Part shown: positions 18,784 through 29,518 of the stretch, in pieces | Position numbering within the stretch: position 1 is the stretch's first letter | How the letters are laid out: each line of letters begins with the position of its first letter | NCBI GenBank assembly: GCA_965200315.1 | Contig: OZ241362.1 | Location: 5,248,001-5,312,000, forward strand | Length of the DNA stretch: 64,000 bases | Source of the DNA: Candidatus Latescibacterota bacterium | Lineage (GTDB): Bacteria; Latescibacterota; UBA2968; UBA8231 | Direction of reading: 5' to 3' | Translations under genes and position numbers: made by a program | Notes under the pieces: model-generated | The model's database searches: none | What the model was told of the DNA's origin: nothing | Seen by the model: only the letters and a program-made list of their open reading frames with translations

Positions 18784-19875
18784 ATGACTAATGAACAATA
18801 CCGAGTGGCCGTCGTCGGCGCGGCCGGCACGTGGGGGGGCTATTACACGCACGCCTACGCCGCCCATCCCAACTGTGAGATTGTCGGCCTCGTCGATCGC
18901 GCCAGAGAGCGGCGGGACGCCATGGCCCGGCGCTACGGAGTGGAGAAGGTGTACGACGATCTCGACAGCCTCTTGGCGGCCGAAGTGCCCGACATCGTCT
19001 CCGCTGTGGTTCCGGTGGGCCAGAACTACCCCTGTGTTACGGCCTGCGCTCGCGCTGGGGTGCGGGTCGTCTCCTGTGAGAAGCCGATTTCTCACCAGCT
19101 CCACGAGGCCGATGAAATGATCCGCATCTGCCGGGAGCACGGTGCGTTATTCGGCTGCGCTCAGGCCGGATGGGCGACTCCGTATATGCCCGAGGTGGTC
19201 GAGTGGGTGCGGCAGGGGCATATTGGCCGGTTGACCGCGGCGGCGATCCCGGGCGGGTTGCCGACCGAGGTGTCGGGCGGCGGTTGCGTGCAGATCGCGG
19301 CCTTGCGCATCCTCACTGGTATGGACGTGGAATGGGTGGAAGGGTACACCTTGCCGGCGGTGTCGGGGTACGTGGCGGAAGGCGCACCCGTAGAGGAGGG
19401 GGATGTGCCTGCGTATGGCCGCTTGGGCCTGAGCGGTGGCATCGTCTGCGAGGTCGTCGCCCCTGAGCCGGATGGTCGTGTGCCGACCTTTATCTCGGTT
19501 GTCGGCGAATGCGGGCAGGTCTTTTTAACGCGCCAGCAGCCCGTGTTGATCGAGGGGACCGGCGCGGCGGCTTCTCCAGTATATCCCGACTTTTTGGATC
19601 AGCCAGCGGCCGACTCTTTTACCTATACGATTGAGCGCCTAATGAACGCCCATCGGGACGGCACTGAGCCGTATAGCAGCGGCGACGACTACCGCCACGC
19701 GCTCGAAGTGGCCATCGCCTTGGTGCGCTCGGCTCATCGAGGACACGAGCGGGTGTCCCTGCCGTTTGCGGACCGCACGCTCAAGCTGTATCCGCATCCC
19801 TATCGCCTCAGAGGCGGCGATGTCGCCGGGTGGCAGAGCATTGGCTACGATGGACCGCCGGCGATGGATTTTTGA
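18784..19875 (+). CDS. Gfo/Idh/MocA family oxidoreductase
   Basis: RVAVVGAAGTWG Rossmann motif, CEKP. Confidence 0.88.
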   Translation: MTNEQYRVAVVGAAGTWGGYYTHAYAAHPNCEIVGLVDRARERRDAMARRYGVEKVYDDLDSLLAAEVPDIVSAVVPVGQNYPCVTACARAGVRVVSCEKPISHQLHEADEMIRICREHGALFGCAQAGWATPYMPEVVEWVRQGHIGRLTAAAIPGGLPTEVSGGGCVQIAALRILTGMDVEWVEGYTLPAVSGYVAEGAPVEEGDVPAYGRLGLSGGIVCEVVAPEPDGRVPTFISVVGECGQVFLTRQQPVLIEGTGAAASPVYPDFLDQPAADSFTYTIERLMNAHRDGTEPYSSGDDYRHALEVAIALVRSAHRGHERVSLPFADRTLKLYPHPYRLRGGDVAGWQSIGYDGPPAMDF

Positions 19876-20038
19876 GAATGTGGGGTCGAACATAGCGCTG
19901 GCTGTCATGCCGCGGTCGCACTGGAGCAGGGGTACTCAAGTGAAGGTCCAGTTGCCAAAGGACGGCATGGTGGATGCTGAGGTGGTGCGGGTGCCGTTCT
20001 TCGATCCAACCAAGGAGCGTCCCAAGAGCGCTTTGTGA
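19876..20038 (+). pseudogene. C-terminal remnant of a GcvT/aminomethyltransferase-family gene
   Basis: SNIALAVMP...GTQVKVQLP...AEVVRVPFFDPTKERPK; no start codon. Confidence 0.55.
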
Positions 20039-20042
20039 AGAA

Positions 20043-21293
20043 TCAATCGCCGCGATAACCCTGTGCTGCCCAGATTTTGCTCGCCAGCTTTTCCGCTGCG
20101 GCGTCTGGTTCGATTGTACCCAAGATACTGCTCGGCGGCTGTCCTTTCTTTTTGCGCTCGGGGTCGGGCGACCAGTCGTCTTTGGCGTATTTTCTGCGCA
20201 CGGACTCGCGGCGGAAATCGGGTACTTCCATTGGTGCCGAATCGTTCAGCACCGAACGCCACGCTTGGATTCCGGCGATGCTCATGTCGATGCCGCGGTA
20301 CACGTCGAGATAGGGCGGCTCGCTGGTGCGGATGGCCGCGGCAAATTGGTAGCTGGTGAAGAAGTCGCCGCCACCGTGGCCGGTGCGCGTGGCTTGGGCA
20401 TGATGTGCGGGGAAGTTGGGACTGTACACGGTTTCGACTGGATCGCTCTGGCGCTTTTCCCACGGTTCGTACCACACGCGCAGCCGCTGTTTGTCGCCGT
20501 GGCGGCAGTTTTCCATCACGCCCTTGTTGCCGTGGATGCGGACGTAGTTGCCGTGCCCGCGCAGAGCGCCGTGTAGCGATTTCATCACCGCGTCGTTATC
20601 CATCCGACAGATGATTACTGCGGCAGTGTCACTGCGGTTCATGTGCAGCGTTTGGGTGGGGTCCGCAAAGTCAAAGGGGATGACAAAGCCGTTCACTTTT
20701 ACGGGCCGGGTGTCGGTGATGTACATGACTGGGGCGATGGAATGGGTGCAGTAGTAGGTGGCCGGGATCCAGTTGCGCCAGTGGTCGCGCCCGCAGCTAC
20801 GCGCCAGTTTCACTTCGGGTGGGTCGGGGTGGACGTATTCGCCCTCGCCGTATTTGAACTCGCCGACGCGGCCTTGTTGGTAGAGCCGCTTCATCTCTTG
20901 GTTGAAGACCATATAGGGGTAGTTCTCGGCGAACATGTAGGTCTTGCCGCTTTTCTCGACCGCTCGCGCCAGCGCCACGCCTTCGCCCAAGGTGTGGCAG
21001 GCTGCGGTTTCGCTCATTACGTGTTTGCCGGCGTTGAGCGCTTTGATGGCAAAGGGCGTGTGCTGGTGGAAGTAGTTGGCTAGCACGACCGCGTCCATGT
21101 CGCAGCCGAGGAATTCGCGGTAATCGACAAATGTCGGCACGTTGAGCGCCTTGCCTTCTGCAAGGAGGCGCTCTTCCCATATATCGCAAATGGCGACCAG
21201 TTCCATGCCGGTCGCCGCAGCCGCCTGCATGAAGGAGCGGCCGCGACCGACGCCGACTACGCCGACGCGGATGGGACGTTGTTTTTTGGTCAT
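20043..21293 (-). CDS. Gfo/Idh/MocA family oxidoreductase
   Basis: IRVGVVGVGRG, GKHVMSE, YMFAENY, GEYVH, YCTHS, GHGGGDF. Confidence 0.9.
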   Translation of the reverse strand: MTKKQRPIRVGVVGVGRGRSFMQAAAATGMELVAICDIWEERLLAEGKALNVPTFVDYREFLGCDMDAVVLANYFHQHTPFAIKALNAGKHVMSETAACHTLGEGVALARAVEKSGKTYMFAENYPYMVFNQEMKRLYQQGRVGEFKYGEGEYVHPDPPEVKLARSCGRDHWRNWIPATYYCTHSIAPVMYITDTRPVKVNGFVIPFDFADPTQTLHMNRSDTAAVIICRMDNDAVMKSLHGALRGHGNYVRIHGNKGVMENCRHGDKQRLRVWYEPWEKRQSDPVETVYSPNFPAHHAQATRTGHGGGDFFTSYQFAAAIRTSEPPYLDVYRGIDMSIAGIQAWRSVLNDSAPMEVPDFRRESVRRKYAKDDWSPDPERKKKGQPPSSILGTIEPDAAAEKLASKIWAAQGYRGD

Positions 21294-21394
21294 GATTCGA
21301 TCCTGTGTATTGGTGTATGGGAAGATTCGCTAGCCGTGCGGAGGGGACCTATTATACCTATGTACACCGGTAAACGCCAGAGACTCAGAGTGTG

Positions 21395-21981
21395 ATGAAC
21401 CCACGCCCGAATATAGTGCTGATTATGTGTGACCAGATGCGATGGGACGCGGGCGGATTCGCGGGTAGTCCTATGGTTCAGACGCCACACCTCGATGAGT
21501 TGGCGGCGCATGGCGTTTGCTTTGAGAACGCGTACTGCGCTTCGCCGGTGTGTTCGCCTGCACGCGCGAGTTGGTTGACGGGCCTTTATCCGCTATGCCC
21601 ACCTGCAACTGCGCAATTACGGCCCCGGCAGAAAGGGAGAGTTCGGTTCCTATCTGCCGGATAACTGCATTACAATCGGGGATGTGCTGAAAGCGGTCGG
21701 GTATCGCTGTGGCATCGTTGGACCGTGGCATTTGGGCGATGACCACCTGCCGCAACACGGGTTCACCGACTTCTGGTGTACCTACCGTTATTTGGGCGAA
21801 TATCCAGACCCGCTGTTTGATTATTTTAAACGAGAAGGGGTTCCCGGGTGAAATGAAAAACGTGGCTGGCCGTCCCGATTGTCAGGACCGGCTTGCTTCA
21901 ATGCGCGGGCAAATCGCCGAGATGATTTGCCATACTGGGCCTGGGCCGGACGAGTGGTGCTTGGAAGAGGTTTGCCAATGA
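21395..21981 (+). pseudogene. Sulfatase pseudogene (frameshift plus large internal deletion)
   Basis: RPNIVLIMCDQ, CSPARAS, frameshift ~21592, GPWHLG...QHGF, then a direct jump to the C-terminal PGEMKNVA. Confidence 0.8.
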
Positions 21982-21987
21982 TGGCAC

Positions 21988-23331
21988 CTAAAACGTCCCG
22001 GGTTTGGGCGTTGCCGGAGGCCAGTAGCCGTCGGGGTCTTCGTCCCACGCCGTGCCGCACATCCGCGAGATAACTGCCCATTCGGCCGCGGTCAGGTGGG
22101 CGTGATTGTGGAAGAGGAAGCGCTGTAGCCCGGCCGCTTCCGAGGCTTGAAGGATGCGGTGGAGATCGCCGGCGGTCATGGGGTCGCCGCCGTGGGGCAT
22201 GCGCCCGGTATCGACCCAGGGCAGGATTTTTTGCGGATCGCCGACCGCGGAGATGGCGCGGCGCGTCTCTTCTTGCACCACCTCGTCGAAAAACGCCTGC
22301 GGAAACCCCAGTTCCATATCGGCTAGGCACTCCACTTCGGGCAGGCGGATGCCGAGCCAAGCGCGGAGGACCGTCCAGCACTGCGCCTCGCTCAACACCG
22401 GATTCCACGCCTGAATCTGCTGCACCCAGCGGGCGACTGTGCCGTACATCCCGTCGAAGCCGCGATGCCAGAAGTAGTGCTTGACCAGCAGCAAATCCAC
22501 GATCTGGCCCCAAGCGTGGAAGTCGAGCGCGGTCATGCCGGAAAACACGGCTGAGCGCGGGCCGTTGCTCAAGAGCAATCGGCGCGGCAGCTCATCGAGG
22601 GCTTGGCGGAAGGCGCGGCCTTGGCGAATGCCGTCTTCGCGACGCCAGCGCAGCCAGTAGAGCGCGTCCTCGTTGATGTCGAAGAGGTTCATCGCCGAGA
22701 GTACGCCGTAATCTCCATAGTAGTTCACTTCGGCGGGCGTGAAGCACTGGAAGCGCTGGTGCAAATGGTGGCGTCCCCGATCCAAACGCTCGGCGTCGTA
22801 GCCTCTAGCCGTTGCTTCTCGACGTTGGCCGTCGTTGAGCGGGCGGAAAACCGCGTTGCCGTGGTGATACGTCAGCTCGTAGGGCGACTCGGTCCAGCCA
22901 TCGACAATGCCGCCGTCGGCTTCCGGGAAAGCCGCGAAGATGTCCTCCCAAGACGCAGCGTGTAGCTGAGTGCCGTAGGGGTCTTCTGCCAGCGGCAGGC
23001 CCTCGGCGGCGATGGTGCCGGAGGCAGGCGCGAAGATCATCACGGTCCAGCCGCGCTTTTTGGCGTCGGCCAGCATGGCGTGCAGGAGCTTTTCTTTGTC
23101 GGGTTGCCGGGGCACGTCGCGCAGTTGGGCTTTGAGGCCGCGCTTTTGATAGGGCGCGAGGTCGCCCTTGAACGCGGGTATGGTACACTGGCCTTGCTCA
23201 TCGGTAAACAGCAGGCGGCCAAAGACCAGGCCGCGAATGCCGCCTTGTTCCCAGGCGTCGAAGATGCGCTCGTAGTCGGCCATGACTGCCTCTAAGGGCT
23301 GGCCGATGCGGATCCAAGGGGTCAAAGCCAT
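21988..23331 (-). CDS. Hypothetical protein
   Basis: Long ORF with host-like codon use; ATG 23331 (MALTPWIRIG) behind an AGGAG RBS; no family recognised. Confidence 0.75.
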   Translation of the reverse strand: MALTPWIRIGQPLEAVMADYERIFDAWEQGGIRGLVFGRLLFTDEQGQCTIPAFKGDLAPYQKRGLKAQLRDVPRQPDKEKLLHAMLADAKKRGWTVMIFAPASGTIAAEGLPLAEDPYGTQLHAASWEDIFAAFPEADGGIVDGWTESPYELTYHHGNAVFRPLNDGQRREATARGYDAERLDRGRHHLHQRFQCFTPAEVNYYGDYGVLSAMNLFDINEDALYWLRWRREDGIRQGRAFRQALDELPRRLLLSNGPRSAVFSGMTALDFHAWGQIVDLLLVKHYFWHRGFDGMYGTVARWVQQIQAWNPVLSEAQCWTVLRAWLGIRLPEVECLADMELGFPQAFFDEVVQEETRRAISAVGDPQKILPWVDTGRMPHGGDPMTAGDLHRILQASEAAGLQRFLFHNHAHLTAAEWAVISRMCGTAWDEDPDGYWPPATPKPGTF

Positions 23332-23518
23332 GGCGTGTTCTCCTGTCGATGAGTAGGGCAGGCAATATATTGAGTCGATGTAGCGGCGTCCATTCATCTT
23401 GACGCAGATAACCAACATCACTGGCTTCGTTGTCGCGATTGAAAGCAAGTTCACCGAGCAATAGTTATATAGTTATAGTATTGATAGATCAAAGAGAAAC
23501 GGACAAAGGAGGTGTCCA

Positions 23519-25264
23519 ATGGACCGCGATGTGATGACCAACGAAGAGAATTACTGTTTTGACGTGGCTGGATATTTGCACGTGCCGGGGACGTTGACTC
23601 GGCCGCAGGTCGAGCGGCTCAATAGGGAGATTGACGCCATGGGGGCGACGGAAGGGATGCTGGGCTGGCCGGGGAAGGCGCGGGAGCCGTTCCGCGACCT
23701 GTTGGTGCATCCGGCGTTGGTGTGGTATCTCAACCAGCTCGTCGGCGAGGGGTTTATCCTCGACCGCGCACCACAAGTTTGGTGCGAGGAGACCGGCGAT
23801 ACGAGTGCGCCGCTGGTCGGCGGCAACGAGCCTCGGGACCCGGCCATTGCTTACTACTTCCAGAACGGGCGGCGCTTCAGCGAGGGAGTGCGGGTGCTGT
23901 GGGCGCTGGAGGATGTCGGGGAGGGGGACGGCGGTTTTGTGCTGGTGCCGTGCAGCCACAAGGGCAATGTGGCGACGCCGGAGGAGGTAGCGACCGGGGC
24001 CGACGATATGGGGCTTACCTCGCAGCCGGAGCTCCAAGCGGGGGATTTGCTGATCGTGGCGTTGGCGACTGTGCAGGGGATGCGGCCGTGGAAGGGGAAA
24101 GGACGCCAGCGGCTGCTGAGTTACGAATTCGTGGGACGCGGCGCGATCCGCAGCGCGGGGACTGGGCCGCAGACCAAAGCGGAGCCGCGCCCGGAATGGC
24201 ACGCCGAATTGGATGCGGTGCAGCGGGCCTCGCTCTACAAGCCGGGCTATCAGGCCATGTCTCCGCCGCCGACGATTGCGACCGATGGCCAGACGACGCG
24301 GATGGAGTCCGGGGTCTTCCATCCGTCGCTTTTGCAAGAAGATCCCAACAGCAGCATCGACTACCGGGAATTTTACTTTTGGGACCTCAACGGCTATCTG
24401 GTCTTGCGCGGGGTGATGGACGAGGAGTGGTTGGCCGCGGCCAACGAGGCTGTGGACCGCTTTGCGGAGCAAATCCAAGTCGGCGAAGAGCTGGCGCGCG
24501 GGTCCAAAAGCTTGGCGGGAACGGGGCGGCCCTTGTTGCACGGACTGCTGGAACTGCCTCATCCGCATTGCGAACCGTTCCGGCGCATGGTCGCGCATCC
24601 GGCGGTCGAGCACCGGCTGAACTGGATGGGCGGCAGCGGCGGGCGGATGGGTGGAGCGACAGGTTTTGTCTCGGTCAAGGGGACCAGCGGCCACGCCCTG
24701 CACGACGCCAACGAGCCGCTCAACCCCAGCCGCGGCTATGTGTACCACAACGGCCGCAGCTATTGCGAGGCAATCACCGTAACTTGGCAGCTCCGGGACG
24801 TGCGGGCGGGCGACGGGGGTTTTGCCTGCGTGCCGGGCAGCCACAAGGCCTACTACAAAATACCTCCCGGCGTACGGACCTGCGACCGCGATATGGGGCT
24901 GGTCAAACACGTCGAGATGCAGGCCGGCGATGTGCTGTTCTTCGGCGATGGCGGCACGACCCACGGGGCGTTGGCTTGGAAGAGCGAGATGGCGCGGCGG
25001 GGCATCCTGATCAAGTATTCGTCGCGCAACTTCAACCGCAGCGGCGGCGAGATGGTCCACCCGCAAAACCGCTGGGGCGAATTGGTCGAGGGCATGAGCG
25101 ACGCCCAGTTGGCGGTGATGCGCGGCCCGGACCGCGATGTGTTCAACAGCAACGTGCCGCGGCTAGACGTGGCCAATGGCGAAGTGACCGTGTCGTACGA
25201 GCGGGGATCGTCGCTCTATAGCAAGGAAGCGCCGACCGGGCCGTTGGCAGAGGACAAGCCCTAG
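23519..25264 (+). CDS. Phytanoyl-CoA dioxygenase (PhyH) family protein, two tandem domains
   Basis: Duplicated FD(V/L)xGYL...HP...GDGGFxxVPxSHK...QAGDxL; RBS AAGGAGG. Confidence 0.88.
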   Translation: MDRDVMTNEENYCFDVAGYLHVPGTLTRPQVERLNREIDAMGATEGMLGWPGKAREPFRDLLVHPALVWYLNQLVGEGFILDRAPQVWCEETGDTSAPLVGGNEPRDPAIAYYFQNGRRFSEGVRVLWALEDVGEGDGGFVLVPCSHKGNVATPEEVATGADDMGLTSQPELQAGDLLIVALATVQGMRPWKGKGRQRLLSYEFVGRGAIRSAGTGPQTKAEPRPEWHAELDAVQRASLYKPGYQAMSPPPTIATDGQTTRMESGVFHPSLLQEDPNSSIDYREFYFWDLNGYLVLRGVMDEEWLAAANEAVDRFAEQIQVGEELARGSKSLAGTGRPLLHGLLELPHPHCEPFRRMVAHPAVEHRLNWMGGSGGRMGGATGFVSVKGTSGHALHDANEPLNPSRGYVYHNGRSYCEAITVTWQLRDVRAGDGGFACVPGSHKAYYKIPPGVRTCDRDMGLVKHVEMQAGDVLFFGDGGTTHGALAWKSEMARRGILIKYSSRNFNRSGGEMVHPQNRWGELVEGMSDAQLAVMRGPDRDVFNSNVPRLDVANGEVTVSYERGSSLYSKEAPTGPLAEDKP

Positions 25265-25380
25265 AAGCCATCTCACATGGCTGTCCTATCCTAACTGGGT
25301 GCGTGGACGTCTCGCCCGCTGGCTTACGGCCGGGAACGCAGCGGAGCCGGATCCGATAGACGTTCCATGCTTTCAACTCA

Positions 25381-25440
25381 TGTAGGATGGCTATAGATGC
25401 CACCAGCCCCTAGGCTTGTTAAACAACGGTCGCCCCTACA
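25381..25440. repeat. Degenerate GTAG-type REP-like sequence
   Basis: TGTAGGATGGC...GGTCGCCCCTACA; the right arm matches the reverse complement of GTAGGGGCG at 33707. Confidence 0.35.
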
Positions 25441-25507
25441 CAAATGACGTATGCAGACGTTTATGAGATGACTTCTAATCCCCATCCATCGACACTTGGG
25501 AGGAATC

Positions 25508-26418
25508 ATGCGCCTATCTATCCTAATCCTCATCCTCGGCACAGCCCAGCTAATCGCAGCCGACGCACCCGACTGGCGGCGACCTGTAGCCACGTATTCC
25601 ATAGTCGCCCGCGATTCCCTCAGCGGACAGCTCGGCGTCGCCGTCCAGTCGCACTGGTTTTCCGTGGGGCCTATCGTTCTGTGGGCCCGTCCCGGCGTTG
25701 GCGCGGTGGCCACCCAATCCCTCGTTGATCCGGCCTACGGTCTGCTCGGCCTCGAACTGATGGCCATGGGCAAGACGGCTTCAGCGGCCCTCACCGCTTT
25801 GCTTGCGGGAGATGCCGACTCTGCGGTGCGGCAAGTGGCCATGGTCGATGCTGCTGGGAATGTAGCTGGCCACACGGGCGCGCGGGCCATCAGACCGGGG
25901 CCCAGTACAGCGTCCAAGCGAATCTGATGGACCAAGACAGCGTGTGGCCGGCTATGGCACACGCCTACGAAAACGCCGAAGGCGATCTAGCCGAGCGGCT
26001 GCTGGTGGCCCTCGAAGCCGCCGAGGCCGAGGGGGGAGACCTACGCGGCCGCCAGTCCGCGGCTATCCTCGTGGTCTCTGCCGAGGATACGGGCCGGCCG
26101 TGGGTCGATCGCCTGTTCGATCTGCGCGTGGAAGATCATCCCGAGCCTGTGGCGGAACTGCGCCGCTTGGTGCGTCTGGCGCGGGCCTACCACAAGCTCA
26201 ACGAGGGCGACGAATGGGTGACCGCAGGCGACATGGAGGCGGCGATGGATGCCTACCGCGCAGCGACCGAGTTGGTGCCCGATGCGGCGACGGGCGGCGA
26301 GGCTCCGTTCTGGGTGGGTGTGACCTTGGTTTCTGAGGGCCGCGTGGAAGAGGCCGTGCCCTACCTGCAACGGGCGCAGGCACAGCACGCCCGCTGGGCG
26401 CAGAGCCTTCGTTGCTAA
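25508..26418 (+). pseudogene. DUF1028 (Ntn-hydrolase-like) protein, frameshifted and 3'-truncated
   Basis: ATYSIVARD...GVAVQSHWFSVG...GAVATQ; frameshift ~25892; GGDLRGRQSAA...DLRVEDHPEPVAEL; partial TPR tail. Confidence 0.8.
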
Positions 26419-26517
26419 ATAATGCACCTGCTGGACGAAATGAATTTCCTGCATCATTTCGTCGTGTGGGAATTCTTCGCGGATCCTCTCTCGCTCATCA
26501 TCCGTCACTTGGCCCAT
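26400..26517 (-). pseudogene. Truncated small protein (MGQVTDDERERIREEFPHDEMMQEIHFV...)
   Basis: ATG 26517 with an AGGAG RBS; reading continues antisense into the DUF1028 gene, suggesting a deletion between convergent genes. Confidence 0.35.
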
Positions 26518-26623
26518 CGGTAGCTCCTGTGGCTCTGGTGGAGCCATGAGCTCAACTGGCCCATATCCTATCAAAGGGTTTACCAAGTTTACTTCTCGAC
26601 GGGTTGCGCGTTCCAGCAGCACC

Positions 26624-27727
26624 TTACTCGACGACAATCGCATGGATCGTGGCCGCCTGCATAGCTTCCCAGTCCACGGCGAGGCCGAGGCCCGGCCCGG
26701 CGGGCGCGTACGCATAGCCGTCGGGTTGGGCGCGGATGACTTCTTGCATTCCGTATTCGTAGGGTTCGCAGGGAACCGACTGCTCGAAATAGGAGCAATT
26801 GTCGCGAGCCAGCATCAGGTGCAGGTTGGCGGCCGACACGAGGCTGTATCCCCACGACATGATCTCGCATTTCATGCCAGCCGCTTCGGTGAGGGCGATC
26901 GCTTTGTTGGTCTGCGTGATTCCGCCCATCATGGCCACATCGGTGCGGGCGCGGCCCCACGCCTTTGAATGGAGGGCTTCGGCAAAGGTGTGGAGGTCTT
27001 GGAACCAGTTGCCGGACGGCAGGATTGGAATGGTTACCCGGCGCGTCAGATCGCGGTAGCCGTCGAGGTCCGAGTCGTGCAGCGGGGCCTCAAACCACGT
27101 AAAGCCCATTGCTTCAAGCTCTTGGGCCACGCGCAGGGCACCGTCGCGGTCGTAGTTGTTTTCGGCGTCGAGCATGAAGGCGACCTCGTTGCCGGGGTAC
27201 TGCTTTCTGACGGTGCGGGCAAGTTCGAGGTCTAGCTCGGGGATGCACCAAGTGTGGAACTTGATGGCCTTGAAGCCTTGGGCGATGAATTCCTCGGCAT
27301 TCTGTAGATAGGATTCGACATCCTCAAAGAGCGGGGTGCTGGCGTAGGCGGGGATTTTGTCACGCGCTCCGCCCAGTAGCTGGTAGAGCGGCAGTCCCGC
27401 CACCTTGCCTGCCAAATCCCACAAGGCAATATCGATGGCGGCCAGCGACTGGGGCGGCAGCGGAAAGACGCGCGGCCTGATCGCGTGCCATATGTGTTCC
27501 CGCAAGAGCGGGTCCTTGCCCAGCAGGATGGGGGCTAGGTGGCGTATGGATTCGGCGGTGTAGCGCTCGAAGTCAAAGGAGGTCGCGTTCCAGACGCCGG
27601 CTACGCCCTCGTCTGTATAGAGCCTGACGACCGTGTTGGTCGAGTACTGGTCCGGCAGATCATCCGACCAAGTGAAGCGGTCAACCGGCGGAGCTACGGT
27701 GCGTATTTCGACCTTGGTGATGTGCAT
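26624..27727 (-). CDS. Mandelate racemase/muconate lactonizing enzyme family (enolase superfamily)
   Basis: AAIDIALWDLAGK, LLGG, AYAS, GFKAIKFH, MLDAE, WFEAP, GPGLG. Confidence 0.9.
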   Translation of the reverse strand: MHITKVEIRTVAPPVDRFTWSDDLPDQYSTNTVVRLYTDEGVAGVWNATSFDFERYTAESIRHLAPILLGKDPLLREHIWHAIRPRVFPLPPQSLAAIDIALWDLAGKVAGLPLYQLLGGARDKIPAYASTPLFEDVESYLQNAEEFIAQGFKAIKFHTWCIPELDLELARTVRKQYPGNEVAFMLDAENNYDRDGALRVAQELEAMGFTWFEAPLHDSDLDGYRDLTRRVTIPILPSGNWFQDLHTFAEALHSKAWGRARTDVAMMGGITQTNKAIALTEAAGMKCEIMSWGYSLVSAANLHLMLARDNCSYFEQSVPCEPYEYGMQEVIRAQPDGYAYAPAGPGLGLAVDWEAMQAATIHAIVVE

Positions 27728-27751
27728 GGAATACCTTTCGTGGAAACGAAT

Positions 27752-29437
27752 CTATAAGGCCGATTCGGATGCGAGGTTCTCGGGATATATTTCGATGTGC
27801 TCTGCATACTGCTCCCGCAGTTGGTTTAGAAATGCTTCAAAACGCTCCTCAATGCGCTGGCCATTTGCCGATCGCACCATCTTTTTTACGGTTTGCTGAA
27901 CCTCGGGATGGGCAAAAGGTAGCAATCGGGCCGGGCGTTGCTCCAGCGTGCGAAACACGATGTATCCCGGCCAGATTTTTTCGCGCGGCTGGAAGTGTAC
28001 CAAGAAAGGCCCACCGACTTTTTCCACTGGGGTTTTGCGGACGGCCGCCAGCACGGCCGACATGGAGTGCGGGGAGTGGGCGTGTTGTTCGTCTTCCTCG
28101 CGGTGGATGTGGTAAATGTTATAGTGGAACCAAGCGTCGTGAAAGCGAGGATAACCTTGGGCCAAAGTCCACATATCGGCTCCTTGGCGCACTTTTTCGG
28201 CGACGTCGAGTGCATCTGCTTCGTGGCGGAGCAGGATGGCTTCGTAGATGAGCAGATCGGGATCGGTAAACCAAGATAGATGATCCTCGTAATAGGCCCG
28301 CCTAGCCGCTTCGTTGACAAGTGGTGCTTCGGCCTCTAGGCGGCGCAATTCTTCGATCATTAGCACTGTTTGGCGCTTTTCTAGGTAGCGCTTCATCTCG
28401 TCGTCGTCGGCTAGCCCGGCCTGCTGAGCGGCTAGCGGCAACAGTACGGAATCGACTGCCGTGCGTCTGGCGTACCGAGCAATACTCGCGGTATCTACGG
28501 TTACGGGACGCCGCTGGGATGGGGTTGCTACTAACCATTGCAGGTACTGTCCAAGTGTAACCTGCCCCCCTTCATAGAGCATTAGCTGCTTTGCTGACTG
28601 CTCGCCCTCGTTGAACTCGGGTATGCCGTGGGAGGCGGTTTTGCCCAGTTTTACTAGCTGCAACCAAGTTTCTTCGACTAGCTGTAGATTGAACTGTTTT
28701 CTGGTGTTCGTGCGCAACTCCGCCGTGCGCACGGCAAGGCGATCGGCGTAGAGCCGGTCTTTGATCCTCTTTTTTACGGACTCATAGGACAGCGGGCGCT
28801 CGTCCTCCACGCGCACGATGTGGAAGTAGCCCTCTCTGCCTTGGAAAGGCTCAGACAGCTCGCCCAACGGCATGGAAAAGAGCACCTTGCTGACGGGGCC
28901 GATCATCAAGGACTCGTCCCAGTAACCTAGGTCTCCTCCTTTATCAGCGGTCTGTTGGTCCAGAGAAAAACGACGGGCTAGCTCGGCGAAATTTTCACCA
29001 TCTAGGAGCGCTTGGTAGAGCGTTTGCGCTTCTGCCGCTGTTTTTACCATGATATGCCGCCCCCGCACCTCGCGCTTGGTGTGCAGGGCACTGTTTTCGT
29101 AATAGGTCCTGATCTCTGCGTCAGAGACTGTTATACGGCTTTTAACCTCTCTTTCGATGAGGCGTTCTACGGCCCGTTGTCGGCGCACGCGTTCTAAGCC
29201 GGATAGGACCTGAGTGCTTTTATCCAGTTCCCTATTCTTGGCTTCTATGAGCAGCAATTCGCGGTTGATAAGCGTCTCTAGGACATCTTGCTTTGATTTT
29301 TTTTGCTCCTGCGGCAACTTGTCCCAGACCCGTTCCACCTGATCGATCGCGATGATCCGCTCGGCGATCCGCGCTGCTACAGAATGGTTCTCCGCGCATC
29401 CCAAGAGGATGCCGGACAAAAGGACTACCATTATCAC
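27752..29437 (-). CDS. PpiC/PrsA/SurA-like peptidyl-prolyl isomerase lipoprotein
   Basis: Lipobox LLGC; LINRELLLIEA; RHIMVK...FAELARRFSLD...GGDLG...GELSEP...FHIV; second degenerate parvulin domain. Confidence 0.85.
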   Translation of the reverse strand: MIMVVLLSGILLGCAENHSVAARIAERIIAIDQVERVWDKLPQEQKKSKQDVLETLINRELLLIEAKNRELDKSTQVLSGLERVRRQRAVERLIEREVKSRITVSDAEIRTYYENSALHTKREVRGRHIMVKTAAEAQTLYQALLDGENFAELARRFSLDQQTADKGGDLGYWDESLMIGPVSKVLFSMPLGELSEPFQGREGYFHIVRVEDERPLSYESVKKRIKDRLYADRLAVRTAELRTNTRKQFNLQLVEETWLQLVKLGKTASHGIPEFNEGEQSAKQLMLYEGGQVTLGQYLQWLVATPSQRRPVTVDTASIARYARRTAVDSVLLPLAAQQAGLADDDEMKRYLEKRQTVLMIEELRRLEAEAPLVNEAARRAYYEDHLSWFTDPDLLIYEAILLRHEADALDVAEKVRQGADMWTLAQGYPRFHDAWFHYNIYHIHREEDEQHAHSPHSMSAVLAAVRKTPVEKVGGPFLVHFQPREKIWPGYIVFRTLEQRPARLLPFAHPEVQQTVKKMVRSANGQRIEERFEAFLNQLREQYAEHIEIYPENLASESAL

Positions 29438-29518
29438 TATAGCTTCTCCACGGTTCAGGATTGTGCGGGGGAGGATAAGGACGAGGTAGAGGTGCTTGGT
29501 GGGGGCGAAGTTTGCAAT

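Noticed and set aside
23489-25221. Long overlapping ORFs (525 aa minus, 499 aa plus) and similar shadows elsewhere
   Set aside because: GC-rich alternative-frame ORFs over a clear gene, with no motifs.
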